Source: a virus. From it: a DNA stretch of 64,000 bases. The notes below the pieces were generated by a model, which saw only the letters and a program-made list of their open reading frames with translations, was not told the origin of the DNA and did not search any database. The stretch lies in the IMG/VR virus record IMGVR_UViG_3300025282_000024; one strand, written 5' to 3'. Positions 10,409 through 21,061 of the stretch are shown in pieces. The stretch's first letter is position 1; each line of letters starts with the position of its first letter. Position numbers and translations under genes: made by a program.

Positions 10409-13400
10409 TTATTTGAGCTTAAGATCGTCTGCAGTTATTGATGCAAAATTTTCTTGGGCTTGTGCTTGTAATATTATAAATTGTTGAGGAGAAGATATAA
10501 GTGGAAGACTGCCAAGGGCGTTCTTGATAAAAGTATCAGGATCAGTTTCAGTAACAGAATCAGAAACGGGGGGAATAGTCCACAAAACTTCAAGTGGAAG
10601 TATCTTCAACATATCTATTATTGTTGGTGTGCTGATAGGCTCTGTTCTTGGGGTTAGCGTGACTGTCTCATTTATTTTTGCTAACTCAATTAATGAAAAG
10701 AAATCATAAGGCCAATTATAGCTATAATCGAGAGGCTTTAACCCTGGGACCGGGGCGGGGCCCGCTCCTGGTGGAGGAGGGCCTGGCATCATATTAGTCG
10801 CAGTTATATCATGATAAGACCAAGAAGCCTTTTGTTTAACTTTAAAAACCATCCATTGAATATTTTTTGGAAAGCCTATACCAGCAGGGCCAATCTTATC
10901 TCCGGGCACATCATTTAAGAGATCAAAGCCTTTGTTTGCATCTAAGACGTCCTCGGCTTTTGGTGGCGCCGGAGCTGGGCCAGTGTTAGTGGGGTCTGGC
11001 TTCCAAACCTCTCCGGCTAAAAGATTCATGCCAAAATCAATTTCAGAAACTGCACATTGAATTCCGCTGGCCGAGTCCGTTCTCTTTTCTGAGGGGAGTA
11101 CTCCCTGCCACATTTTAACCAAGTCATCTTGAGTAAAGTGGTGATCAAATTCAAATATGACCATAGCCATGGGTTCTTGATTTTTATTCATCAAGAAATT
11201 AAACCCAGGCGGAATAACATATTTTTTCATTGCCTTCACTAGATTAACAACTGATGGCGCAGGTTTATATTTTACGGCACCATCAACAGAACTAAGATTT
11301 TTTATTAAATAATCAATATCTTTAATTTCAGGATTAAGCAGCTTCGATTGAGCCCAGTCGATAGTTTTCCTATCTATGTGGAAAAAATTTCTACTGCCTT
11401 GAGAATCTTCATAAAACGGTACCGCAACAATTGCTTCACTTATAGTTTTGCCCTCTATGGGGATTTGGCCCAGCTTTTTACTTGGATTTAAATTAAAGCC
11501 TAATTTTTCTGCAAGATTTCCTACGGTGTCGTTATCTTGAGAGCCGCTGACAGGTTGGATTTCTAAGAATACGCCGCTGTCGGCAGAAGGGATAGTTCCA
11601 TATTGATGCCACATTCCCTTTGCAATTGACCATTCTCGATTTACGGTCTCAATAGAAGCGGTGATATTGGTGAAATCTAATATTGGACATTCCCACTTAG
11701 GTTGAATTACCCAGCGTGTTTTGCTACCTTCTGTAACAACTTGATTCCAATTTATAGAAGCACTTAGTTGCATAGCTGCTTGAGCTGCCGGCGGAACTGT
11801 GTTCAGAACATCCGGGGGCCAGCTGATTGCGACGGCCGCTCCAGAAGTTATCATGTCTCTGTAATATGAAGCTGTTATAGCTGACATTACATCTGTTATT
11901 GTTTTATAGCCACTAAATTCCGGAGTATAAGATATCTCAATATGACTATAACCATTGTAATACGGAGGAGTATATGGCTCAAAACTGCCAGTGGCTTTGC
12001 CGGCCCAACCAATACCTGGCGCATAGGCAGTATGGCTGCCGGCATATATTGGGGGGCCAAAAGAAGACCCATAAACAGGAATATGTGTGGTGTTGACCTG
12101 TACACCAACTGTATGTGTTCCAGAGAACCATGGTACTACGCCGCGGTTGTAACCGCTGTCGGAGGCCGTTAGACTTAAATATTTGGTTTGGTAGGTTCTG
12201 TCGAACGCCCGGTTATACATCATAATTGTGGGTGGGTTATATTCATAAGATGCACTATTGTTATAGCGAAGGGCGCCTGCCACAGTTGATGTATCCTGAA
12301 GGGTAGCAAGATCACGTATTTCTGAGTGGGAGCACACTATTCTCATTTTATACGTTTTATCTGCCGTAAAATAAATGAAATTGCCCTCGGCTTTTGCGCC
12401 TAAAGGATCCTCAAATAATGGGGCGCTCCCTTCTAATGTTTCTTTAGACACAAAAGTTGTCATTGGGCCATAATCATTATCATTTTTTCCATCGGTGGCT
12501 CCCAAAAAGAAGCGCGGAACCTCTGATGTAAAGTTATTAATTGCCATATTATAAAGATCATTTGCAGGCTTTCCAAAACTTCCGGTACTATCTATCGAAG
12601 AGGAGCGGTGTGTTTCGGCGTCCACTATTTTCCCAATGTCACTGAGCCAATAATCAGGATTTACGAGAGCCTCAAAAGGTGCCCTTTTTGTTGGCGGAGT
12701 TGTGGCTATACCAACATAGTGGTCTATTGCGTTTGCGGTTATATAATCTGTGAGTGATCCAGTAAACAGAGGATAGTCAACTGCCAATCCGGATTTAATT
12801 GAATTATATAATATACCAGGAGCAAAAAATGGTGTCATTAGAGTGCGCCAATTAGCCTCTGAGCCTGTTAAATCAGCATTAGGAGCATAAGATTGACTAA
12901 ACAACGTTGCTAGCTGCACTGACCTTTCAGAAGGATAAAAACCATCATAAGGAAGGAATTTCATGAGTGCATTACATTTAAGAGTGAGATTCGTAGGCAT
13001 TGCAACGCTTGAAAAGTCGCTGTCAATCGGTTGAAAATATTTCAAAAAATCAGCATTGCTATATACTGTGTAAAAAGAACCAGAGCCAAGCAACGTAGTA
13101 TCAGCGCTGCTACTTATAACTGATCCTGTCAAAGTTAGCCAACCAGGATTATCCGCCAAAAATCCACCAGAAGAAGCCATATCAACAACATGATATTCCA
13201 TATGCTCACTAATTCTATATTCTGGAACAATACCATAATCTTTTCCAATGCTTCTAACATCTTCAGCATATTCTTTATAAGTATTATAGGAAGGGTTATA
13301 TCCCGATTGCTCGCCAGCTTCCCATTCAGTTTGGCCAAGATAAAATGCTACAAATGGGCTGTCGGTGTACACTTGAGGAATTCTTCTGTTATATGTTGCG

Positions 13401-16400
13401 CCGGCAATTGGAGAGATAAGACCTGAATCTACGGGCCCATGCCAAATACTATAAGAGTTCTGAAGTTCACCTTCAGAGCCAGAACTGTATAATTCATTAC
13501 CCATAGTACGGAGTTCGCCTAAATCATCGGCGTCTAGAGACCATATACTGGCTGTTCTCCAAAAAGCAGTGTGAGAAGCAGTAATATATCCTTGCGAGTT
13601 TATTGTCTTAAGGTTTCTGTCTGCGCGCAGATCTTTCCAAAAATTGTTAATGAAGTTGGGTCTTTCCCTAACTAAGGAAAGATAGGTGTAATGTTCTCTT
13701 GGATAAATTCCCTCGCTTATCTGCATATGGCGAAATTCGTCTATTGGATTGGCATCTCCACTAATATATGTGGGAGTGTTCCACAACAAATATTTCTTTA
13801 ACGTATCGTATGCTAATATTGTATTATCTGCAGCCTGTAGAGTTTCCCCAATCTGGCCGGCCCTCGACCATACCAAATTTGAATTATTTAAATCAAGAAG
13901 ATTACTAATTTTTGGATCTGGAATATTTGTAAAATATGCTTTTTCATTACCATAAGAAGCCCACATATTGGTTGGTTGATTGTTGGGTGGTACTGAAAAA
14001 GGTTGATCTGATTTGTAAGTATATTGATATTTGAGTGGATTAAATTTTGAAGTAATTGGTGGCTCAACTTGTGATACAATACCATTATTATAACCAATGT
14101 AATCGCCGTCTACAATGGACGATGTAACTTTTGTAAATGTTTGAATGTTGTTCTTGTAATTATAGCGCATTACAGGATTCTGGGCACCTCTAATCTGTTT
14201 CCACGAGGGCCAGCCGTATGGGCCCTGACGATGTAATACAAGACCATTGAATGCAATTGGAGTGGATAAACCGGCGCCGGCAAATACTTTATCAATACCT
14301 GTGTTAGATGACGCGCTCAAAGTATTCTCATACGGAATAACGGGATCGTAGATTATGGAATTAATACCTGCAAAGTCCATTGGCGCTCCGGTGAGACCTC
14401 CATGCAATGATGGACTCCATTCACTGGCTGAAAGGAATGTAATATCAGTAGAAGCCAAACTAGCGTTGCTGAAATTTGGTTGTTCAAAACCATAGTACGC
14501 AGAGCCGGTATACCCATATATCACACTAGCTGTAATCCAAGTATACTGTAAGCTTGTTTGCAACATTTGATGTTGCACAAACCAGTTATCATATGTGGAA
14601 ACGGGGCCAATATATACTGCACCCTCTAACTTTTTGACGAGGGCACCGTTGTTATCTATTACCATATTGCTGGAAACCAAAGTTCCATCCAGCGATCCAT
14701 ATTGTGCCGGCAACGTTAAGCCTGATGTCCAACCTTCGCCACCCCACCAGGCTATTAAACGAGAAACTCTAGAATGTTTGCTTAAGTCTCCTGGGCCTTG
14801 GCGCTCTAAATCAGGATCAAAATTTGTGGTTCCATAATATATCTCTAGAATTTCAGACGCAGAACACTCGCGATGGAAAACACTAAGTTCGTCCAGAAAG
14901 CCTTGCCATGCTCGGCCGAGGCCAGATCTATCTCCTAAAAAGCAATCAGCACCTGTAATGCCTACATATGTGCCGGCTGGCGTTGTATCTTCTGTAACAG
15001 CTAAAGATAACCCATTCACATATATTGTAGGATCGTTAGCAACAGAAGTGGCATCATAAGTAACAGCAATGTGGGCCCACTCATTGGTATCAATAGTTGC
15101 AACCGTAGACCATTCCCCCACTGTAGTATTAAATCTCGCCCTGAAGTAGACTTTACCTGTGGAATCTACAGATAATCGAACGCAATCGGCAAAATCAAAT
15201 ATATGTGGATCATTGTTGCCGCCGGCGTGGCCTAGATTCATTGGATTTACCCAAGCAGAAAGGGTAAATGTTTGTGTAGACCCGACCGCGGTTCCAATGA
15301 GAGCGTCCCAAATTGCTGGGGCCCCAATATTTACACTATAAGCGCTTGGGGCAGTGGCGCCATTGAAATAGAGAACTTTATTATTGTGGTATTCTATCGC
15401 TCCCAGCTTCTTTTTACTATTTCTATTAACTTTGTGGAAAGAACCAGTCCCATCATAATTTGAAGCTTCTACTGAGCTACTGCCGCCAATATAAGGGACT
15501 CCGGCTAATGCATATGCCGCCACAGTTTGTGCATCACTAAAATATCCAAATTGGTTTGTGTGGTCTGTATACCACTCATTAAGAGGTGTTCTTACATTTA
15601 AATTTCTCCATGGAAGTGCATTATAAACACTATATTCTGCAGCTGCAAGATCAAGCATTCCTTCGCCCATCGTTGCAGGACTTCCGGGTGCGGAAAAGCG
15701 ATTAACTATAATAGATTTAGTACTACCAGTTAAGTCTCTTCTAGGTATAGCAAAATCAATAACACCAGTAACATATGTAGAGGGGGCATATGTTGTTGGC
15801 AAATTGCCATCAGATTCGGCTAAATATCTATTATTAATTGAGCGCCCGTTGGTCATCACCAATTCATAATTGTGTGAATAATTTCCTATATTTGTAGCAT
15901 CCAAAACTTGATCGGGGCGGCCAGGAATAGTAGAGGAAGACCCAGTAAACATTTTAATATTTCTGATATTCACTGGGCGTTTTGTTGACTCTCCCCTAAG
16001 CATGCTCCCCTTTTCAAGAGAAGGATCTACGGTCATACTATTATTAAAACCAGAACCAAAAGCGTAAAGACTACTGGCCGAAAACATAATCCTCCACCCT
16101 TCAATACGATTTGCCGCTGTATCTGGGCTTGTGTTCTGCGGCCTTAAATTGCTATATATGTGTCGATAAACTTTTCCTCCTACAAACTTTTCAGTAAAGG
16201 GGGATTGTATAGGGCGCCCATAAAGCGGGCCATAAGTATCTTCATGAAGGTTGGTTATATCTATGCCAGCTTTAAAATTATTAGCAACAGCATCGTGATA
16301 TCCTCCCGAAAGGGAAGCGCTGTATATATCAAAAGGCGTGTATAAGTCTCCTTTTGAATTTAAATAAGACTTGTCTACTTCTGTTAATTTAAAATTTGTA

Positions 16401-19400
16401 ACACTAGAATTATAATTCTGCTTTCTTTTTCCGTCATTTAGTGCCAAGTCATCATTACAACTTTTAAAAGCTTTAACAGAGGCGCTAGGAATTTGTAAAT
16501 AACTTCCGCTGGTATTATATTTTATAAACGTCAGCAAGTCAGTCTGTTTGTTTACAAATTCATTTACTCCGCCTTTAATGAGCGGAGATTCATCAACTTT
16601 TAATCTGTAGGGTTTAGCCAATCTTCGTGTAACATATGTGGACCCAGCGTAAGTAGTTATTCCTGATGAACCAGAGGATCCTAAAGTGGGGGCGCTTGCA
16701 TTTGTCTCATTTATAATAGAATCGAGTATTGTTTGCTTGTTAGAATTAACAAAAGCATTGCTAGAGCTTAATGGAGGTGTCGATCTGCTAGTACGGTCTT
16801 TCCACCACAAACAATTGTTTGCTTGAGGGTTCTTACAAATGAAAGATGAAATAGTAGGATTATTTTGAGGAGAGCCTGTATATCCATTTCCCGAAGAATC
16901 AGTTCCTTCCAAATCGTTGAGTTTATAATAAGCTACCAAGTTACCAGGAAGCAAAGAAAACACGTTCGAATCACATCCGTTATTGTATAATAAAAGAGCC
17001 TCTGCTGCGCTTAACTCTTTATCAAACAAAGAGAAATTACCAATAGTGCCATCAGTATAATTTATGTCGAAACCACGACCAATTTCAAAAGCATGATTAA
17101 GATTTTCCATTGCTGTATACGTAACACTATTAAAAGCCGTCATCGCGAGGGCTATTCCGTTGATATAAATAGAAATACCATCAGCTGCTGTGGCTCCTCC
17201 TCCTCCGTCGTAAGTTACTGTCACATTGATAAGCTGGTCTTCATAAGCGGTTATGGCTGTAGAGCGAGCATGCGCTGTAGCTCCGGAGCTTTCATCTGTC
17301 AAATAAAGATCAAACCTATCTGAACCATCAGTAAAAAGCCAATATTCTTGATTACTTAGAGCACCATACTTAGAAAACAGGTTTAATGTTGTCATATCCG
17401 ATGTTTTAAGCCAGAAGTTGGCCGAAAAAGGACTATCTGTGGCGCCATCTCCGAAGCTAAATGCTGCAGCATCAGGAACAGAAAAATACTGACTTGACGC
17501 AGCTACAAATGTCATCATTCCAGCCGTATTTAATGGCGCATGGCCAAATTCCCAGTTATAAAGAAGCTCATTAATTCCTAAAATATTCCCTTCAATGGTT
17601 GGTGTTTTGTCTTCTAGCGTGGGATATTTCCATCTATATTTATTTCTTTGCAACACAGTATTTTCAACCATGGTGCGAACATTTGAACCATATTGATCAC
17701 TTATATCTGAAGACATTGGCACCAAATAACCTAAGAGAACATCTAACGTAAGGTCAATCCATTTATAAAAATCAACATATTTATCTAAACTTGGAGTGTT
17801 GCCGACTCTCTCATAAAACATTTGACGAAGCTTCGCCATATCTTTATAATCATCGCGATATTTATTTACTGGTTCGCCAACAAGATTATTAAAGTCTTTA
17901 ATTGTAGAGAACATCTTTATCATTTCATCAGAAATGGTTTGATACATACTCTTTTCAATTGACGTATAATAATTCGTAGGTCTTGCTATTTCGCCCTTAT
18001 TGAAAAATATATCATCGTCTGTTAAAATATTAACCATATCGGCACTATTGATCATTTCAGGCAATTGCTTTTTGGCCGAGCTAACATATTTTTTATTTAT
18101 TGGTAGTGTGGAGTTGGCGGGAAAATTAAATCCTTTGGGCAAATATTGTTTGCCAACAATCTCACCAAACTGTCCGTATTTAGAAACTTTTTGGGCTGAA
18201 CCAGAAGAATAATCAGCCCCAATAAATTCACCACTACCATCGGATCCGGTTACAGTATCAAAAGTCCAATTTAAAACTAACGTATCTATTTCAGGTATTC
18301 TTGTTCCAGTAAGTGCAGTTGGATATAAATAAGAGCTTCTATAAGGATGTTCAGCACCATAATTTTTTACATCTTGATTGTGTTGTTGTATGGTGCCTGT
18401 AGGTAAATATTTATACCAAACGCGAGTAGAAGAAATGTTTCCATCTGCTTTTTGCAGAAGGGTTCCAGAAAAATTAGTTCTATGGGCGCCGATATAAGGA
18501 GCCTTGGGATAATTTAGAAAACTGCTGCCGCCGTCTGCGCTAATGGTGCCTGTATGTAAAAATTCATTTTTAACATAATCCGCTATTTTTTCGACGCCAT
18601 AAAACTCAACTGCATATCCAGCATTGTCCACCGAGCCGGATGAACCATCTGGTAAATTTGCATTAGAATTTGGTTTAACGGAAACAGAAAAAGTCCAACG
18701 CGTGTCATCGAACACTTCATCAAAATAACTGCTGGAAAGTCCTAGAGCGCCAATAACAGAGCCTGCGGTACCAGTTAAAAGGAATTTAGACCTCTGTGAG
18801 TAATCAGACGCCTTAACCGCATAAACTTGGAAGTTGGCGCTATCGGTTGTTGCCCAAGTTAAATCATTCCCTGTGGCATCGTCTTTAACTTGATGCATAC
18901 CAAATAAAGATGCTGTCGTAAACGGCATATAAGTTCTAAATTGGCGACTTGGCCCTTCATCTGTTGTCGCCACCGTATTTGTATCGGCCATGGAATGTCG
19001 AATTGGAAAATGCACTTCCGACTCCATCGTAAAACCTATATAATCAGTCAGGCCATAAGTCCCTGAAATAATTGCCTTTGAGTTTGAATTTGTACTTGAA
19101 GAGTGCGGGAATACAGTTGCTTCTGAGCTTCCAGTCAAACCAAAGTTTACATATTTCTTATACTCAGCAACAGATTTATAATTATCTTTTAAAGTATAGG
19201 TTACTCTATTTCCATATGTGTTGATACGATAAATTTCATCGCCCACACCAAAACAATGAATTAAGTTTCTAAAGGATTTTTCTGTTCCCTTGGTTTTATT
19301 AATATAGACAATATTATCGTAGATGTTGTGATATATTCTGTTTTTTATATTATAGAGCTTTTCCTCGAATAAAGATCGATCATTCCTACTTTTAAAATAT

Positions 19401-21055
19401 TCTAATTCGGTTGCATCAGAAAATAATTCAGGAAAATATTCAAACCCAATTGATTGTAATAGCCTATCATTAAATGGAGCCGGCTTGTGATTGAAACCAA
19501 CATGTGATTTATACTTAAGCTTTGGAATAGAATTAATTTGTTCTGCTAGTGAATCAAAATAAGAGCCCACAATCTGAGTCAAGTTTTTTAGCGGTGAATA
19601 TTCTTTGTCTTCATCTTCTTCTATAATCCACGCCGGCAACGAATGATACATGGAAGAGTTATTAGCAAAATCATGAATCTCGCCTTCTTCTTTTTTGGTG
19701 TCCAAAGTCGATTGAACGTCCGGGTGGAAAGGATATAAAATTGGATCTTTAAACTCTTTAGTCACTAAACTAGAACTGACCATTGCAGAACCAACATTTC
19801 TTGACGCAGAATCATATCCAACGAAAGTACCATTACTTATTCTTCCTGAATAATCCAGCACTACACTATCGTAAGTGGTGTCTCCAACAATACCTTCATT
19901 AAATTTATAATAAACACCTAAAGCTGTATTTGCATCATCAGTGTTGGTGCCGCCGCCTACGGGTTCAATCATATATCTAATAACTTCAGCAGAGCTTCTT
20001 TCATCTTTCCAAAATCTAAATTCGTCTAATGAACCAGATAATTTACCCCATCCCAATGTTGGAGCAAAAGTTCCGGATGGCGCTGTTATGAGAGAGCCAA
20101 TTGTAGCATTTATATTTCCACTAACATAACCAATAGAAGATCCCGTGACAATCGTTTGATTGCACGCGCCATCAAAATAAAAATTAATTTCTACGTTGCT
20201 GCCGCTATTTTTTAATGCGAATGCATAATGATGCCAACTATCATCTGCTATGGATGATGTGGTTATCGAAGACCCAACAATCTCATCTGAGAAGCCGGCC
20301 GTTCCAGACATATATGTAACTCTAAAGGGGGACACGGCGGTTGTGCCGGTCATTTCAATTGTTAGGCGACCGTAATTTGCGCTTGAAGAAATAAAGTCAG
20401 ACGTACTAGCATCAAAAATAACTTCGCGGCCAGTTTTGGAAGTAACAAATTCAGATTTTTTCATCCAGAATTCTACAGTATTTCCGTCTATCCCTCCAAT
20501 TTTTAAATTACATTCTCTATTTTTAGATGGCTCCCAGACATTGGCATAGCCGCTTTTATAATCGCCGGAAGAATCAACAATATCTTTATCTTTTGATCTA
20601 TTTGATGTATTTGGGCCGCCTTTTGCAAAAATATATTCATATGAAGCGGTTGCGGGTGCACCATATCCATCGGAATCTGCAATTTGAGTACCCCATCCAT
20701 CTGCAGACAAAATAACATAACCATTTGTTCGAGGATATACTTCTTCAAAAACATACAAATCGAAAAATGAAGAACTTAATTCCCACTGAATTCTTTCTTT
20801 TAAAGAGCCATCATAGGGATAGGTTTCATAAATTCTATCAAATGCATCAACATAATATTTTTTTGCTGACCCAAATCTTGCAAAGTTTTTAAGATCAGAG
20901 AAGTCAACAGGAGGTCTATGTCTCTCCCTCTCTTTGAAATAATCTTTCAAATAACCAACAGATTCTAACGTACCATCTTCTACTAAAGACTCTGGATTGG
21001 CATTTGTTAAAATTATATCATGACTTTGATAAAGTTTTTTATAATCTATGGGCAT
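10409..21055 (-). CDS. Giant baseplate/receptor-binding protein with three LamG (concanavalin A-like) domains
   Basis: 3548 aa. Three LamG signatures: TVEFW..WHHYAF..GSLDEFRFW..YYKFNEG; FSANFW..VTVTYDG..IYING..LVAYYKLND; TLSAWVNP..WAHIAVTYD..IYVNG..GFLDELSVF. Located two genes after gp6. Confidence 0.75.
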   Translation of the reverse strand: MPIDYKKLYQSHDIILTNANPESLVEDGTLESVGYLKDYFKERERHRPPVDFSDLKNFARFGSAKKYYVDAFDRIYETYPYDGSLKERIQWELSSSFFDLYVFEEVYPRTNGYVILSADGWGTQIADSDGYGAPATASYEYIFAKGGPNTSNRSKDKDIVDSSGDYKSGYANVWEPSKNRECNLKIGGIDGNTVEFWMKKSEFVTSKTGREVIFDASTSDFISSSANYGRLTIEMTGTTAVSPFRVTYMSGTAGFSDEIVGSSITTSSIADDSWHHYAFALKNSGSNVEINFYFDGACNQTIVTGSSIGYVSGNINATIGSLITAPSGTFAPTLGWGKLSGSLDEFRFWKDERSSAEVIRYMIEPVGGGTNTDDANTALGVYYKFNEGIVGDTTYDSVVLDYSGRISNGTFVGYDSASRNVGSAMVSSSLVTKEFKDPILYPFHPDVQSTLDTKKEEGEIHDFANNSSMYHSLPAWIIEEDEDKEYSPLKNLTQIVGSYFDSLAEQINSIPKLKYKSHVGFNHKPAPFNDRLLQSIGFEYFPELFSDATELEYFKSRNDRSLFEEKLYNIKNRIYHNIYDNIVYINKTKGTEKSFRNLIHCFGVGDEIYRINTYGNRVTYTLKDNYKSVAEYKKYVNFGLTGSSEATVFPHSSSTNSNSKAIISGTYGLTDYIGFTMESEVHFPIRHSMADTNTVATTDEGPSRQFRTYMPFTTASLFGMHQVKDDATGNDLTWATTDSANFQVYAVKASDYSQRSKFLLTGTAGSVIGALGLSSSYFDEVFDDTRWTFSVSVKPNSNANLPDGSSGSVDNAGYAVEFYGVEKIADYVKNEFLHTGTISADGGSSFLNYPKAPYIGAHRTNFSGTLLQKADGNISSTRVWYKYLPTGTIQQHNQDVKNYGAEHPYRSSYLYPTALTGTRIPEIDTLVLNWTFDTVTGSDGSGEFIGADYSSGSAQKVSKYGQFGEIVGKQYLPKGFNFPANSTLPINKKYVSSAKKQLPEMINSADMVNILTDDDIFFNKGEIARPTNYYTSIEKSMYQTISDEMIKMFSTIKDFNNLVGEPVNKYRDDYKDMAKLRQMFYERVGNTPSLDKYVDFYKWIDLTLDVLLGYLVPMSSDISDQYGSNVRTMVENTVLQRNKYRWKYPTLEDKTPTIEGNILGINELLYNWEFGHAPLNTAGMMTFVAASSQYFSVPDAAAFSFGDGATDSPFSANFWLKTSDMTTLNLFSKYGALSNQEYWLFTDGSDRFDLYLTDESSGATAHARSTAITAYEDQLINVTVTYDGGGGATAADGISIYINGIALAMTAFNSVTYTAMENLNHAFEIGRGFDINYTDGTIGNFSLFDKELSAAEALLLYNNGCDSNVFSLLPGNLVAYYKLNDLEGTDSSGNGYTGSPQNNPTISSFICKNPQANNCLWWKDRTSRSTPPLSSSNAFVNSNKQTILDSIINETNASAPTLGSSGSSGITTYAGSTYVTRRLAKPYRLKVDESPLIKGGVNEFVNKQTDLLTFIKYNTSGSYLQIPSASVKAFKSCNDDLALNDGKRKQNYNSSVTNFKLTEVDKSYLNSKGDLYTPFDIYSASLSGGYHDAVANNFKAGIDITNLHEDTYGPLYGRPIQSPFTEKFVGGKVYRHIYSNLRPQNTSPDTAANRIEGWRIMFSASSLYAFGSGFNNSMTVDPSLEKGSMLRGESTKRPVNIRNIKMFTGSSSTIPGRPDQVLDATNIGNYSHNYELVMTNGRSINNRYLAESDGNLPTTYAPSTYVTGVIDFAIPRRDLTGSTKSIIVNRFSAPGSPATMGEGMLDLAAAEYSVYNALPWRNLNVRTPLNEWYTDHTNQFGYFSDAQTVAAYALAGVPYIGGSSSVEASNYDGTGSFHKVNRNSKKKLGAIEYHNNKVLYFNGATAPSAYSVNIGAPAIWDALIGTAVGSTQTFTLSAWVNPMNLGHAGGNNDPHIFDFADCVRLSVDSTGKVYFRARFNTTVGEWSTVATIDTNEWAHIAVTYDATSVANDPTIYVNGLSLAVTEDTTPAGTYVGITGADCFLGDRSGLGRAWQGFLDELSVFHRECSASEILEIYYGTTNFDPDLERQGPGDLSKHSRVSRLIAWWGGEGWTSGLTLPAQYGSLDGTLVSSNMVIDNNGALVKKLEGAVYIGPVSTYDNWFVQHQMLQTSLQYTWITASVIYGYTGSAYYGFEQPNFSNASLASTDITFLSASEWSPSLHGGLTGAPMDFAGINSIIYDPVIPYENTLSASSNTGIDKVFAGAGLSTPIAFNGLVLHRQGPYGWPSWKQIRGAQNPVMRYNYKNNIQTFTKVTSSIVDGDYIGYNNGIVSQVEPPITSKFNPLKYQYTYKSDQPFSVPPNNQPTNMWASYGNEKAYFTNIPDPKISNLLDLNNSNLVWSRAGQIGETLQAADNTILAYDTLKKYLLWNTPTYISGDANPIDEFRHMQISEGIYPREHYTYLSLVRERPNFINNFWKDLRADRNLKTINSQGYITASHTAFWRTASIWSLDADDLGELRTMGNELYSSGSEGELQNSYSIWHGPVDSGLISPIAGATYNRRIPQVYTDSPFVAFYLGQTEWEAGEQSGYNPSYNTYKEYAEDVRSIGKDYGIVPEYRISEHMEYHVVDMASSGGFLADNPGWLTLTGSVISSSADTTLLGSGSFYTVYSNADFLKYFQPIDSDFSSVAMPTNLTLKCNALMKFLPYDGFYPSERSVQLATLFSQSYAPNADLTGSEANWRTLMTPFFAPGILYNSIKSGLAVDYPLFTGSLTDYITANAIDHYVGIATTPPTKRAPFEALVNPDYWLSDIGKIVDAETHRSSSIDSTGSFGKPANDLYNMAINNFTSEVPRFFLGATDGKNDNDYGPMTTFVSKETLEGSAPLFEDPLGAKAEGNFIYFTADKTYKMRIVCSHSEIRDLATLQDTSTVAGALRYNNSASYEYNPPTIMMYNRAFDRTYQTKYLSLTASDSGYNRGVVPWFSGTHTVGVQVNTTHIPVYGSSFGPPIYAGSHTAYAPGIGWAGKATGSFEPYTPPYYNGYSHIEISYTPEFSGYKTITDVMSAITASYYRDMITSGAAVAISWPPDVLNTVPPAAQAAMQLSASINWNQVVTEGSKTRWVIQPKWECPILDFTNITASIETVNREWSIAKGMWHQYGTIPSADSGVFLEIQPVSGSQDNDTVGNLAEKLGFNLNPSKKLGQIPIEGKTISEAIVAVPFYEDSQGSRNFFHIDRKTIDWAQSKLLNPEIKDIDYLIKNLSSVDGAVKYKPAPSVVNLVKAMKKYVIPPGFNFLMNKNQEPMAMVIFEFDHHFTQDDLVKMWQGVLPSEKRTDSASGIQCAVSEIDFGMNLLAGEVWKPDPTNTGPAPAPPKAEDVLDANKGFDLLNDVPGDKIGPAGIGFPKNIQWMVFKVKQKASWSYHDITATNMMPGPPPPGAGPAPVPGLKPLDYSYNWPYDFFSLIELAKINETVTLTPRTEPISTPTIIDMLKILPLEVLWTIPPVSDSVTETDPDTFIKNALGSLPLISSPQQFIILQAQAQENFASITADDLKLK

Positions 21056-21061
21056 TCTATT

